A stretch of 64,000 bases of DNA from Promethearchaeota archaeon. Lineage in GTDB: Archaea; Asgardarchaeota; Lokiarchaeia; Sigyniarchaeales; SOKP01. The position numbers and the translations under genes were made by a program. The DNA is taken from positions 1 to 64,000 of the forward strand of contig JAEOTA010000006.1 in NCBI GenBank assembly GCA_016840085.1, read 5' to 3'. The notes under the pieces are model-generated. The model saw only the letters and a list, made by a program, of their open reading frames with translations, did no database searches and was not told where the DNA came from. This document shows positions 40,851 through 50,473 of this stretch, in pieces (position 1 is the stretch's first letter; every line of letters starts with the position of its first letter).

Positions 40851-41270
40851 ATGGAATTCAAAAATATTCTTAATAAAAACTTATTTGGGTTAATAGGATC
40901 AATTTTATTAATATTATCTGAATTTTTTCAATGGTTTTCAGAACAAAATCTTATTGAGCTATATATATTAACGACTTCCATTGAGATTGAAAATTCTTTT
41001 TTATTCCTATTTCCATTAATCAGTGGGATTATTTGTTTAGCAGCTAGTATTTTAATTATTTATAAAGTCGAATTCAAGATTAAATCAGTTATATTATCAT
41101 TAGTAGGTTTAGGATTTCTAATAATATTCTTTTTTGATTACTTTATTCAAGAGATACAATATCTCTATAATGCGGGTGCTGGTCTATATATGGGAATATC
41201 AGGATTTCTCTTAATTATAATTAATATAATAAATGTGTTAATTACTATAGATAATCAAGGGGGTACATAG
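40851..41270 (+). CDS. hypothetical 4-TM membrane protein
   Basis: Four hydrophobic segments. Confidence 0.7.
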   Translation: MEFKNILNKNLFGLIGSILLILSEFFQWFSEQNLIELYILTTSIEIENSFLFLFPLISGIICLAASILIIYKVEFKIKSVILSLVGLGFLIIFFFDYFIQEIQYLYNAGAGLYMGISGFLLIIINIINVLITIDNQGGT

Positions 41271-42148
41271 ATATCAGTAATAACAGTAAAAAAGGGGGGA
41301 ATAAAAATCATGATATTGAATCGAGTTTCTATTATGCTTTAGGTCATGAAATTCGCAGAGAAATTTTAAAGATAATAGGAGATAATGAGTTTACTTCATT
41401 TACTAATTTAAAAAAAGAGCTAAATGTTAGCACGGGAACAATTTATCATCATTTAGATACATTATCTGAATTAATTGAACAACGAGAAGATAAAAAATAT
41501 TGTTTAACAGAATTAGGGATTTACGCTTATAATTCTATAAAAGACAATATAGAATCAATTAAAGCGCCAGAGAAGGAATTTAAGTCTCCGATTTTAAGAA
41601 AATTAATGTCAGTAACAACTAAAAGATTCATACAATTTGAAAAGAAAGATAAAATTTTTACGATTTTGATATCAATAGCAATATTAATTCTTGGGACTCT
41701 ACTTTGTTGGCTGAACGGATTTTTCTCATTTTTATTGTTTTATCTAGATGTTGATCAGAGTTCATTTGAATCAATTTATCGGCTTTTGATTAGTTTTAGT
41801 TTTATTGCAAATTTTTTCCTTCTTTTTATTATAATAGAGGGTATTTCAAGAATATTTTATAAAAATAAGGAAAATACAGTTTATTTTTTTCAATCTTTTG
41901 CAATTATTCAATTTCCGATGTTATTTTACCTTATTTCTCACTTAATTTTTAAATTCTCAAATTTATTGGATAATAATATATTTAATTTGATAGATAAAAT
42001 TTTACTGATCATTTTCCAAGTTTGGTCCTTATGGTTATTATCATATAGTTTAAGTGTCAAAAAAGGATTGAAAATCGAAACTAGTTTGATTATATCTCTC
42101 TTACTTCACTATAGTGGTTTCACAATCATCCTATTTATATTGGTTTAA
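41267..42148 (+). CDS. ArsR-like winged-helix regulator fused to a multi-TM domain; probable ATA start
   Basis: Frame of the 41606 ORF is open 113 codons upstream and encodes FYYALGHEIRREIL..SFTNLKKELNVSTGTIYHHLDTL..Y.LTELG. Confidence 0.8.
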   Translation: MDISNNSKKGGNKNHDIESSFYYALGHEIRREILKIIGDNEFTSFTNLKKELNVSTGTIYHHLDTLSELIEQREDKKYCLTELGIYAYNSIKDNIESIKAPEKEFKSPILRKLMSVTTKRFIQFEKKDKIFTILISIAILILGTLLCWLNGFFSFLLFYLDVDQSSFESIYRLLISFSFIANFFLLFIIIEGISRIFYKNKENTVYFFQSFAIIQFPMLFYLISHLIFKFSNLLDNNIFNLIDKILLIIFQVWSLWLLSYSLSVKKGLKIETSLIISLLLHYSGFTIILFILV

Positions 42149-43442
42149 GAATTTTAAAGCCCAATTTTGTTAAGGATTGAGTTATTTCTTTATATCTTTT
42201 CCTAGATGACTCTAAGTCTCTTGTTTTAGTCGCTATAAAGCATGAAAAATGATTTGAATCATTTAATGAAATGGGGGGTGTCACAAATTCGGGGACTTCT
42301 TTAATTAATTTAGATATTAACCCTTCATATAATCCCTTATTAGTTATCAGATCCTTTGAGCTTAATTCAATTCTAGTAAATAATGAAAAATTAAGATATT
42401 TAATCTTTATAGACTCTGTAACATTTAGTTTTGAATTTAGTATCAATTTAACAGGATTTTGATTAATTGTATTTCTTAATCCTATATAAGATGTTGTTAA
42501 TCTTGGATTAATTTCTATAAAATAAAGTTGGAGATCCTCTTTTCTTATTAAATCTATGCCAAAATATCCCGTAAATTTTGAAAACTTAGGAAATTTAATA
42601 GAATTTTTTAAATTTATATATATGTCTTGGGCATCCTTTACGGGAGTATGACCTCCAAAATATTCAGATTCATGGTTTGAATTTTTTAAATTTACAGTTT
42701 GGGAATTAATACTTAGAATTATCGGGGAATCTATTGAAGAATTCATTGAAAATTGAGTTCCAATTAAAGAGACACTTAAATCACAACCCTCAACATATTG
42801 TTGAAGGATATACTTACGTTTACTATCTAACGTATCCTTATATTGCTGAAAATAAGCTCTTATTTGCTCTTTATTTTCAAAATAGTATATTGATTCTGCA
42901 CCTACTCCATCTTCGGGTTTAATTACGATAGGTGTTTTTAATTTGTAAAATTTTTGAATAATAAAGTCAATATCTAAATTATTCTTTTTAAATGGTATTA
43001 TATAAGTTTTAGGAGTAACAATCTTATTAACTTTAAAAAAATCGTAGGTTTTTATCTTTGATGTTCCTAATTTAATTCCTTCTAAATTAGTACTTAAAAG
43101 TATTTTTTCATGATTTATTATGATTTTTGAAAGGTTATAAAGTATGTTTGAAGATTCAGGAGCAATGATAAAAACATATTTGCTATCTTTAACAAGGTTT
43201 TTGAATTTTCGAAGAAAATTCTCTTTACTATCAATTCTTTTAATGATATCTGCTTGTAAATATTTTGATAAGAAGAAAATCCGATAATCTAAAATTGTGC
43301 TTATTTCAAAATCTAACCTTTTAAAATCAGTTATAATAGATTTTAACATCCCAAAACCTTCACAAAAAAGTGAAGTTGGGATATTAATTTGATTAAATCC
43401 TCCCCCAGAAACATATTCAAAAATAAATAATTTATTCTTCAT
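42135..43442 (-). CDS. ATP-grasp ligase, tyramine-glutamate ligase (MfnD)-like
   Basis: IFEYVSGGG, EG.GML, IIAPE, VIKPEDGVG, GYFGID, IEINPRLTTSY. Confidence 0.82.
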   Translation of the reverse strand: MKNKLFIFEYVSGGGFNQINIPTSLFCEGFGMLKSIITDFKRLDFEISTILDYRIFFLSKYLQADIIKRIDSKENFLRKFKNLVKDSKYVFIIAPESSNILYNLSKIIINHEKILLSTNLEGIKLGTSKIKTYDFFKVNKIVTPKTYIIPFKKNNLDIDFIIQKFYKLKTPIVIKPEDGVGAESIYYFENKEQIRAYFQQYKDTLDSKRKYILQQYVEGCDLSVSLIGTQFSMNSSIDSPIILSINSQTVNLKNSNHESEYFGGHTPVKDAQDIYINLKNSIKFPKFSKFTGYFGIDLIRKEDLQLYFIEINPRLTTSYIGLRNTINQNPVKLILNSKLNVTESIKIKYLNFSLFTRIELSSKDLITNKGLYEGLISKLIKEVPEFVTPPISLNDSNHFSCFIATKTRDLESSRKRYKEITQSLTKLGFKILKPI

Positions 43443-43579
43443 TAATTTAGAATTAAAAATTAGTTTTCAGAGTTTTATAGATCACCCCGTCATTAAAATG
43501 TTTTTATAGATTAGTTTTAAAATGATGAAGAAATAATTTTAAATAACGTTAATTTAACAAAAAACTTTAAAATTTGATT

Positions 43580-44815
43580 ATGTCTCCTTTTTATCAAGAA
43601 GAAGTCATGCAACGTATTCGATACTTGCACTTCAATATAAAGAAGTTAGAAGATGCTTTAGAAAAAGAAGATGAACATTTTAGTTTAGATGATCTAAATC
43701 TTATTTTCGAATATACTAAAGTCTTAAATGTAAATTATCAAAATGAAAATCATAGTGCGATTTTGAAAGATTTGGATATTACACCAACTTTTCAAGATCC
43801 GGTGGCTAACAGAGAGATTGAGATTCATGATATAATGTTTGAATGTGCTAGAGTTTTATGGGTTATGGCTAAGGCATATTCACAACTTTCTGAAAAATAT
43901 GAGGAAGAAGAAGAATGGGAAAATGCTATAATTTCTATGACAGAGTGTAGTAAGATCTATAAGACAGCAGCATATTTTAGCGCTGCTGTTGTCCACCAAA
44001 AAGATAAAGGAATTATTCTTGATTCTGAGAATCTTGAGTTAAATTCAGAGGAATCACGAGTTCTTGCTCAAAGTATCGCAGCATTAAAAGAAGAAAATGA
44101 GAATAATATTTACTTTTCATCCAAATTATATGCGGGTCTCAGTTTATTATCAAAAAGACTATTTTATTTAAGAAAGCATGAGGAAAAGAAAAAACAACAG
44201 ATAAGAGCCCAATTTCATTATGATATGGGAAAAGCATGCAATCTTAAAGCTCATGCTTCTTTAGAATCTTCAATAACAAATATAAATAAAGAAAAAGTAA
44301 AAAAATTACAGCAAAAAGCTTTATGGTATTATTTAAAAGCAAAAAACATTTGGGATGATATGGTTGAAAATCTTTCACTCTCTAGTGAAGAAAAGGAAAA
44401 TATAGAGTTAAACTTATCTATAGTGGAAGAAAATCTTAAGGAAAGTGATATAGAACAACTAAATTATGAAGAAATAAAAAAAATTCAAGATCCCGAACCT
44501 ATAATTATTATTCCAGAAAATTTAGCCCCATTTGTGCCAAAAAATATAATTTATTTGACCAAATTTGTGCCAAGAGATGTAAATATCAAAAGATTTAAGA
44601 CATACCAGAAGAAAAAATTAGAAGAAAAAATACCCTATAGTAAAAAAGAAAAATTAATCGATAAAAAAGCGGGAGTTGTAAGAACTATAAATGAATTGAA
44701 AGTTTTAAGGGGAAGTAACGAAATTGATGTCGATAAATTTGCCGAACTTATGGAAAAGTATTCAACTAAACTTAAGATGATTGATTCCGCTATAGAGAAA
44801 TTAGCAAAAAGATAA
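43580..44815 (+). CDS. hypothetical all-helical (TPR-like) protein
   Basis: Long ORF with helical repeats and a charged C-terminus. Confidence 0.7.
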   Translation: MSPFYQEEVMQRIRYLHFNIKKLEDALEKEDEHFSLDDLNLIFEYTKVLNVNYQNENHSAILKDLDITPTFQDPVANREIEIHDIMFECARVLWVMAKAYSQLSEKYEEEEEWENAIISMTECSKIYKTAAYFSAAVVHQKDKGIILDSENLELNSEESRVLAQSIAALKEENENNIYFSSKLYAGLSLLSKRLFYLRKHEEKKKQQIRAQFHYDMGKACNLKAHASLESSITNINKEKVKKLQQKALWYYLKAKNIWDDMVENLSLSSEEKENIELNLSIVEENLKESDIEQLNYEEIKKIQDPEPIIIIPENLAPFVPKNIIYLTKFVPRDVNIKRFKTYQKKKLEEKIPYSKKEKLIDKKAGVVRTINELKVLRGSNEIDVDKFAELMEKYSTKLKMIDSAIEKLAKR

Positions 44816-44839
44816 ATCTTTAAAATAAGTTTATTTTGG

Positions 44840-45271
44840 TTAAAAACGTTCTCCAGGTAAAGGTTTTTTCTCTTTTTCCAGATATTTTTTGCGATTTTCC
44901 TCTAATTCAAAATCTCTTTGAGATTCTTCTTGGAATACAATATCATAAACTTCTTTTATCACAACACAGATTAGTAAAGCTTCCATAAAACTGATTAGAA
45001 CTACCATTAGCAGCTCTAAATTATGCAAATTTTTGAAAAATAGTGTCGTAAACATAAAAAAATGAGGGATATATAAGAGCGTGACTATTCCAATATTTTT
45101 ACCAAATTTAATAATATGTTTATTTTCTAGTTTGAAAATTTTTTCTATTTTTACTACTTGCCATAAATAGTATATACAAAATAAGAGATTTATAGCGCAC
45201 AAGATTATAATAAGATCTCTTTCTGCAGTCTCTAAGGCAATATAAGGTTGCAATAAATAGGATCCTATCAT
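44840..45271 (-). CDS. hypothetical membrane protein (true start probably upstream, non-canonical)
   Basis: Hydrophobic helices; the first TM helix continues in frame upstream of the ATG. Confidence 0.7.
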   Translation of the reverse strand: MIGSYLLQPYIALETAERDLIIILCAINLLFCIYYLWQVVKIEKIFKLENKHIIKFGKNIGIVTLLYIPHFFMFTTLFFKNLHNLELLMVVLISFMEALLICVVIKEVYDIVFQEESQRDFELEENRKKYLEKEKKPLPGERF

Positions 45272-45517
45272 AAAAGTGATTGAGAAAAAAGCTAAAATTA
45301 ATACTAAAGATAATAATCCATCATGGAAATCTTTATAATCTAAAGTATTCTCACCAATATATTTTTTTTTTAATCAGCCTATTCTAAATATAATTTAATT
45401 TTAAATTAATATTTAAAGCAATTTTACAGTATTTATTGAAAAGTAAATTGAAATTTTATTAAAGAAAAAAATTAACAATATATTATCATAATCAAATTAG
45501 AAAAATGATTGTTATTT

Positions 45518-47230
45518 ATGAGTGTTTTAACTGAAGAAGAAATTGAAAAACTGAAAGAAACTCATCCAATCAAACGAATCTTTAGAATTATATTTCTTAT
45601 TATCGGAAGTATTATTATACTTTTAGGGATATTATTGTTTTTATTTCAGTTTGATTTTGGAATAACTATTGATGACATTAATATCTCATTTCTAATTGAT
45701 ATAGCAATTATAGTTTTAGGGATGATTATAGCTTCAAAATTCTTTATTGCTCCATATTACCTTCGTGAAAATTCTTTGACTATAAAGACTATTCATGATT
45801 TAAGGGAGCCAGTTAAGACCTATATTAAATTTTTCTCGCTTAATATTACACGATTTATAGCTGCTTTACTTTTAACTTTTGCAGGAATCATTTCATTAAT
45901 TTTTTTTGGATTAGATATAGGACATGAGGTAAAGTATGGTAGTGCTGTTGTGCTTGGTGGTCCTTCCTGGTTTTATGTAACTGGACTACCTGCATTAGGA
46001 ATTGGTTTTTCTTTATTACTATACTTCTTTTTAAGTCCATTTAAAGGTACTTTTTCGCAATCTGAGAATTTCTTTTTCTTTTATGAAATAAGACCTGGAT
46101 TTTGTTGGTTGACAGATATTCCGAAGAAAGACATTGAAGCTGTAAGATATCAAAACAATCATCTTGGTCCAAAACTAAGCTGGATAATGCTCCTATTGCC
46201 TTTTATTGTAATGCAGCTAATGACTGCTATCCCTCTTTTTTTTGCTGAAAGAGCTGGTCCTGAATATGTTTTATCGTGGATTTTTGTGATAATTACTATT
46301 TTAGAAATCGTGGCTTTAGCATTTCTTGTTTTAATACCCCAAAACTATTTTGAAATTGCAACCAGAACTCATTTATATGAAATGTGGTTTTCTCCGTTCA
46401 AAATAAAAAATCGATCAGAACTGAGAAAAAAAATAAGTAATTTCTTAGGATGTGAAATTGACAGAGATAGAGAAAAGAATTCAAAAAGTGTTATAAGTGA
46501 ATTACAAAAACCATTTTCAGAAGTAAGTGATTCTCATTTTCATTTATTTGATTTAGTTTTTGGGTTTTTTTTAATAACTTTTGCTATTATTATGTTATCT
46601 CAAATGATTCTATTTGGACCATTATTCTGGTGGGTTGCTTTGATGTATGGCTTTATTCTTCTTGTTAAAGCTTTTTGTTATGATTTTAGTCAAGCAGGGG
46701 GAGATATTTTTTCTTATAATAAGGAGAATAAGTTATTTAAGTTTAGAAGGAAATTTAGCTATAAGTTTCATTATGTTTGTGCCAATAATGTAGAATCTAT
46801 AGATGTAAGAAAATGGTTTAGGAAACTCGATTTTTTTGACGTTTTTGGGCTAGGAGGAATGTTAATAATGTTAACTATCCAACAAATAGAAGGATGGGCA
46901 CTTGCAGATACTAATTCTTTGATTAATGATAATATCAATAGTACATTCTTCATGATAATTGTGTTTGTTTTTGCGATTTTGTATGTATGTCTTCCTATTG
47001 ATGTAGTAGAATTTAGAACCCCATCAATAACTTATAGAATTCGCATATCCTTAAAACCAAGATACCAGAATGCATTAAAAAGATATTATGTAAGCTGTAA
47101 AAATTCTATCAGAGAATTATTAAAAGATGATATGAAATGGATTTTTATATTAAGAATTAGTATAATTAGCATGATAATAATTGGCTCAGCATCATATTCG
47201 ATTTATAATATATTATCTTATTTTACTTAA
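45518..47230 (+). CDS. large multi-pass membrane protein
   Basis: Many TM segments alternating with beta-rich soluble segments. Confidence 0.75.
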   Translation: MSVLTEEEIEKLKETHPIKRIFRIIFLIIGSIIILLGILLFLFQFDFGITIDDINISFLIDIAIIVLGMIIASKFFIAPYYLRENSLTIKTIHDLREPVKTYIKFFSLNITRFIAALLLTFAGIISLIFFGLDIGHEVKYGSAVVLGGPSWFYVTGLPALGIGFSLLLYFFLSPFKGTFSQSENFFFFYEIRPGFCWLTDIPKKDIEAVRYQNNHLGPKLSWIMLLLPFIVMQLMTAIPLFFAERAGPEYVLSWIFVIITILEIVALAFLVLIPQNYFEIATRTHLYEMWFSPFKIKNRSELRKKISNFLGCEIDRDREKNSKSVISELQKPFSEVSDSHFHLFDLVFGFFLITFAIIMLSQMILFGPLFWWVALMYGFILLVKAFCYDFSQAGGDIFSYNKENKLFKFRRKFSYKFHYVCANNVESIDVRKWFRKLDFFDVFGLGGMLIMLTIQQIEGWALADTNSLINDNINSTFFMIIVFVFAILYVCLPIDVVEFRTPSITYRIRISLKPRYQNALKRYYVSCKNSIRELLKDDMKWIFILRISIISMIIIGSASYSIYNILSYFT

Positions 47231-47294
47231 TATGTGCTTTTTTTCTATTTAAACTATAGTTGTAATTTTTATTTCAAGGTATCTTTTTAAATTT

Positions 47295-47558
47295 ATGTCT
47301 GAACAAATTTCAATACTATTATACATTAAGAATATGCTGGCAGATTTGATTTATCTCAATGGAATTATTGCTACAGAGTTAATGAAAGTAACAGAAAATA
47401 CCGTCACTATTCGCCGTGGTGAAGAATTTTTAGAGAAAACAAGTTGTCCATCTGAACATCATGAATTAAATCGAAAAATCATTGAAATTGTAAAAAAGTA
47501 TCAAAAAAAGCCAGAAGATGTAGTTGGATTGGAAACCCATGTCTTAAAACATCTATAA
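47295..47558 (+). CDS. hypothetical protein
   Basis: 87-aa ORF in a co-directional gene run. Confidence 0.7.
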   Translation: MSEQISILLYIKNMLADLIYLNGIIATELMKVTENTVTIRRGEEFLEKTSCPSEHHELNRKIIEIVKKYQKKPEDVVGLETHVLKHL

Positions 47559-47580
47559 TGAACAAATTGGTTGCTTTAAT

Positions 47581-48018
47581 ATGGCTGATGAATTTAATGT
47601 CTTTATAGATCGGCTTCAGAAGAAAATTATAAAAGAAGATATTAAGAAGCACAATGAGATAATTGTTAAGTTATTTCACAATCCAAAAAATTGGGGAAAA
47701 CCTTCAAAAGAAGAAATAATTATTTCTGACGAACGAAGAGGAGGACCAAAAGAGTATTTTTTAGGATTTTATTTGAAAATAGAGGAAGATATAATTACTA
47801 AAGCTAATTTTGTAACAGATGGATGTAGTGTAATGATTGCTACTGCAAGTCAAACTACAATTCTAATTGAAGGTAAATCTTTACTGTTTGCTAAAAATCT
47901 GAAGCCCGAGGATATTGACAAAGCGTTAAATGGATTACCAGAAGATGAAAAACATTGTGCTGATTTTGTAATTGAAACTCTAAGAGATATAATTGAAAAA
48001 TATAAACAAAATCAATAA
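47581..48018 (+). CDS. IscU/NifU-like Fe-S scaffold homolog lacking the first Cys
   Basis: F.NPKNWG, F.TDGC....AS, L.GLP..EKHCA. Confidence 0.82.
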   Translation: MADEFNVFIDRLQKKIIKEDIKKHNEIIVKLFHNPKNWGKPSKEEIIISDERRGGPKEYFLGFYLKIEEDIITKANFVTDGCSVMIATASQTTILIEGKSLLFAKNLKPEDIDKALNGLPEDEKHCADFVIETLRDIIEKYKQNQ

Positions 48019-48030
48019 TTTAAATCCATA

Positions 48031-48771
48031 ATGACTGATCTAATAACTGAAAATATTGATATTCCAGTTAAATTTGATAACATTAATCTAAAAAGTTCAA
48101 TTTATTTTACATCAAATACGCCTCCTAAAGCTCCTTTTATTGTTAATTTAGCTGGTTTTATGAATCATAGGGAGAATTATCTCGTTAAATTCTTTTCTGA
48201 GAGATTTGCAAATGCAGGATATTATGTTTTAGCATATGATTATCGTGGCCATGGAGAAACACAAAAACAAACCGGTCCTAGATGGGATCGAATGATAACA
48301 CAAATTTTTTCAGATATTCATATTGTTCTTAAATGGATAGTAGAAAATCAAACAAAGAGGCTTTTAGAAGATAAAATTGCATTGTTTGGAAGGAGTTTAG
48401 GGGGTGCGATTATATTATCTCATGGGTATAGAGATAAAAAAGCAAAAATTTTAATTGCACTGAGTACACGCTATGATTACGAAACAATAAGGGGAAGATA
48501 TAAAGAAGTTGAAGAGGAAGAAGGAGAAGGGATTATCAGTAAAATTAGTCCTAAATATTTCTTAAAAAAGGATCCAATGAATAATCAAAGAATTTTAATT
48601 GCACATTGTAAAGACGATGATCGCGTTCCTTTTGAAAATTTACGTCATATAAAAGAACATCTTGGATTAGATGATGAAAACGTCATTGAGTTTGATACTG
48701 GAGGGCATACATTTTCAGGGCATAGAGAAGACATTTTTAAATACTCTCTTAAATTTTTAAAAAAGTTGTAA
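48031..48771 (+). CDS. alpha/beta hydrolase
   Basis: DYRGHGE, GRSLGG nucleophile elbow, D..VP, GGH. Confidence 0.9.
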   Translation: MTDLITENIDIPVKFDNINLKSSIYFTSNTPPKAPFIVNLAGFMNHRENYLVKFFSERFANAGYYVLAYDYRGHGETQKQTGPRWDRMITQIFSDIHIVLKWIVENQTKRLLEDKIALFGRSLGGAIILSHGYRDKKAKILIALSTRYDYETIRGRYKEVEEEEGEGIISKISPKYFLKKDPMNNQRILIAHCKDDDRVPFENLRHIKEHLGLDDENVIEFDTGGHTFSGHREDIFKYSLKFLKKL

Positions 48772-48824
48772 AGAAGGAAATAAAGAAAAATTAAGATGCA
48801 TTAATAAATATTGGAGGAATCATT

Positions 48825-49727
48825 ATGGAAAAAATTCTTATAGTAGGTCCTGCTTCACAAATTCTAGGGGTTAAAATTGCCCAAGAATTAAGTATTGAAG
48901 CTATAAATACTGAAATCAAAAAATTCCCAGACGGTGAAAATTATTTAAGAATAAATCTTGAAGATGAAACCATAATAGCAGATAAGAAAGTTATAATCAT
49001 ACAATCTACAGGTCCTAGTTCAAGTGGAAATCAAAATAGTCGATTGATGGAACTTTTTATGATAATTGACTCTGTTAAGCGTATGGGAGCTGCTAAGATA
49101 GTTATTGTTGTTCCTTATCTTGCCTATGCACGTCAAGATAAAATTTTCAGACCTGGAGAAAGTCAATTTGCTAATGTGATTTTCCGTATTCTAAATTCAT
49201 TTGGGTTGGATGAATTGTATACAGTAGATATTCATGCTCCTGAAATTATGGATGAATGTGCATGTAAAGCAGTTAACATCGATTCAATGAAGCTTTTAGC
49301 AGATTATATTAAATCTAAAGGAGCGAAAGATATCGTTGTTGTATCTCCCGATAAAGGAGCTACAGACCGTTCAAAAACTTTTGCTAATCATTTTGGAGAA
49401 AATATTCCCATTGAAATTTTTGATAAGGAGAGAGACGTTAAAACAGGTGAAATACAAATGTCTGGAGCTTTGAATTTAAAAGGAAAAGATGTTGTTATTT
49501 CAGATGACATTATTGCCACAGGAGGTACGATGGCTACAGCAATAAAACTAGCGAAAGAGAGTGGAGCTAATAAGATATTTGCCGTCGCAACACATGCATT
49601 ATTATTAGGGCAAGCAAAATTTCGAATTTTAAAAGCAGGGGCTGACGAGATAATAGGAACAGATTCAATTGACAATGAAGTGTGTCAAGTTTCTCTAGCG
49701 AAAATTATCGCAGATTACCTAAAATAA
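48825..49727 (+). CDS. prs: ribose-phosphate pyrophosphokinase
   Basis: FPDGE, PYLAYARQD, VDIH, SPDKGA, DDIIATGGT. Confidence 0.95.
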   Translation: MEKILIVGPASQILGVKIAQELSIEAINTEIKKFPDGENYLRINLEDETIIADKKVIIIQSTGPSSSGNQNSRLMELFMIIDSVKRMGAAKIVIVVPYLAYARQDKIFRPGESQFANVIFRILNSFGLDELYTVDIHAPEIMDECACKAVNIDSMKLLADYIKSKGAKDIVVVSPDKGATDRSKTFANHFGENIPIEIFDKERDVKTGEIQMSGALNLKGKDVVISDDIIATGGTMATAIKLAKESGANKIFAVATHALLLGQAKFRILKAGADEIIGTDSIDNEVCQVSLAKIIADYLK

Positions 49728-49741
49728 GAGCTTTTTAAATA

Positions 49742-50326
49742 TTAATAGTTATTAATGATATCTATGACCACGTCTCTTGTTTTTTTCTTTAAATCCTCAA
49801 TAGTAGTAGTATTATAGATTATATAATCAGCGTTTTCTAAGACTTTATCAAGTCCAAATTCAATTTCTCTTTTATCTCTCTCTTGTAAGTCTTTTATACT
49901 CTTAGGATCATCACCGCGAGTTCTTTCAAAAAGCCGTTTAATTCTTTTTTCCTCATCAACTATAATAGCTATAATTGGAAATTTCCAAAACTTTCTAAAT
50001 ATATTAATTTCAGAAAGAGATCTAACCCCATCAACAAAGATTACTTCTTCTTTTCTATTTTTTATTAAATCTACACATTTTTCAGCAATTATTGCGGAAC
50101 CCCCTTCCTCACGCAATTCTTTAGCAATCTTACCTATGTTATTTCCAGAAGGTTCTAAATTCCTTTTTTTTGCTTCATTTCGAACAACATCACCCATTGT
50201 TACAACAACCCCTAAATCCTCTATAGCCTCTATTGCTGTTGTTTTACCCGAACCCGGAAGTCCACAAATTGACAATACCTTTCGGATTTCCTCACTACGC
50301 TTCAGTTTCCTCCCTTCCCTTTGCAT
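49742..50326 (-). CDS. UPF0200 family P-loop kinase (dephospho-CoA kinase-like)
   Basis: GLPGSGKT, MGDVVR, DGVRS, R.DD, ERD.RE...G. Confidence 0.85.
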   Translation of the reverse strand: MQREGRKLKRSEEIRKVLSICGLPGSGKTTAIEAIEDLGVVVTMGDVVRNEAKKRNLEPSGNNIGKIAKELREEGGSAIIAEKCVDLIKNRKEEVIFVDGVRSLSEINIFRKFWKFPIIAIIVDEEKRIKRLFERTRGDDPKSIKDLQERDKREIEFGLDKVLENADYIIYNTTTIEDLKKKTRDVVIDIINNY

Positions 50327-50473
50327 TTTATTACTTTTATGATTTATTTCTATTACTTTTACTTACAAATTTTACTAATATAATTTAAATATTTAGGATT
50401 TGTTTAAATTGCATATAGAATAAGAAATAAAGTTTTCAAAATATAATATCAAGGAGCATCAAATTCACATAAA

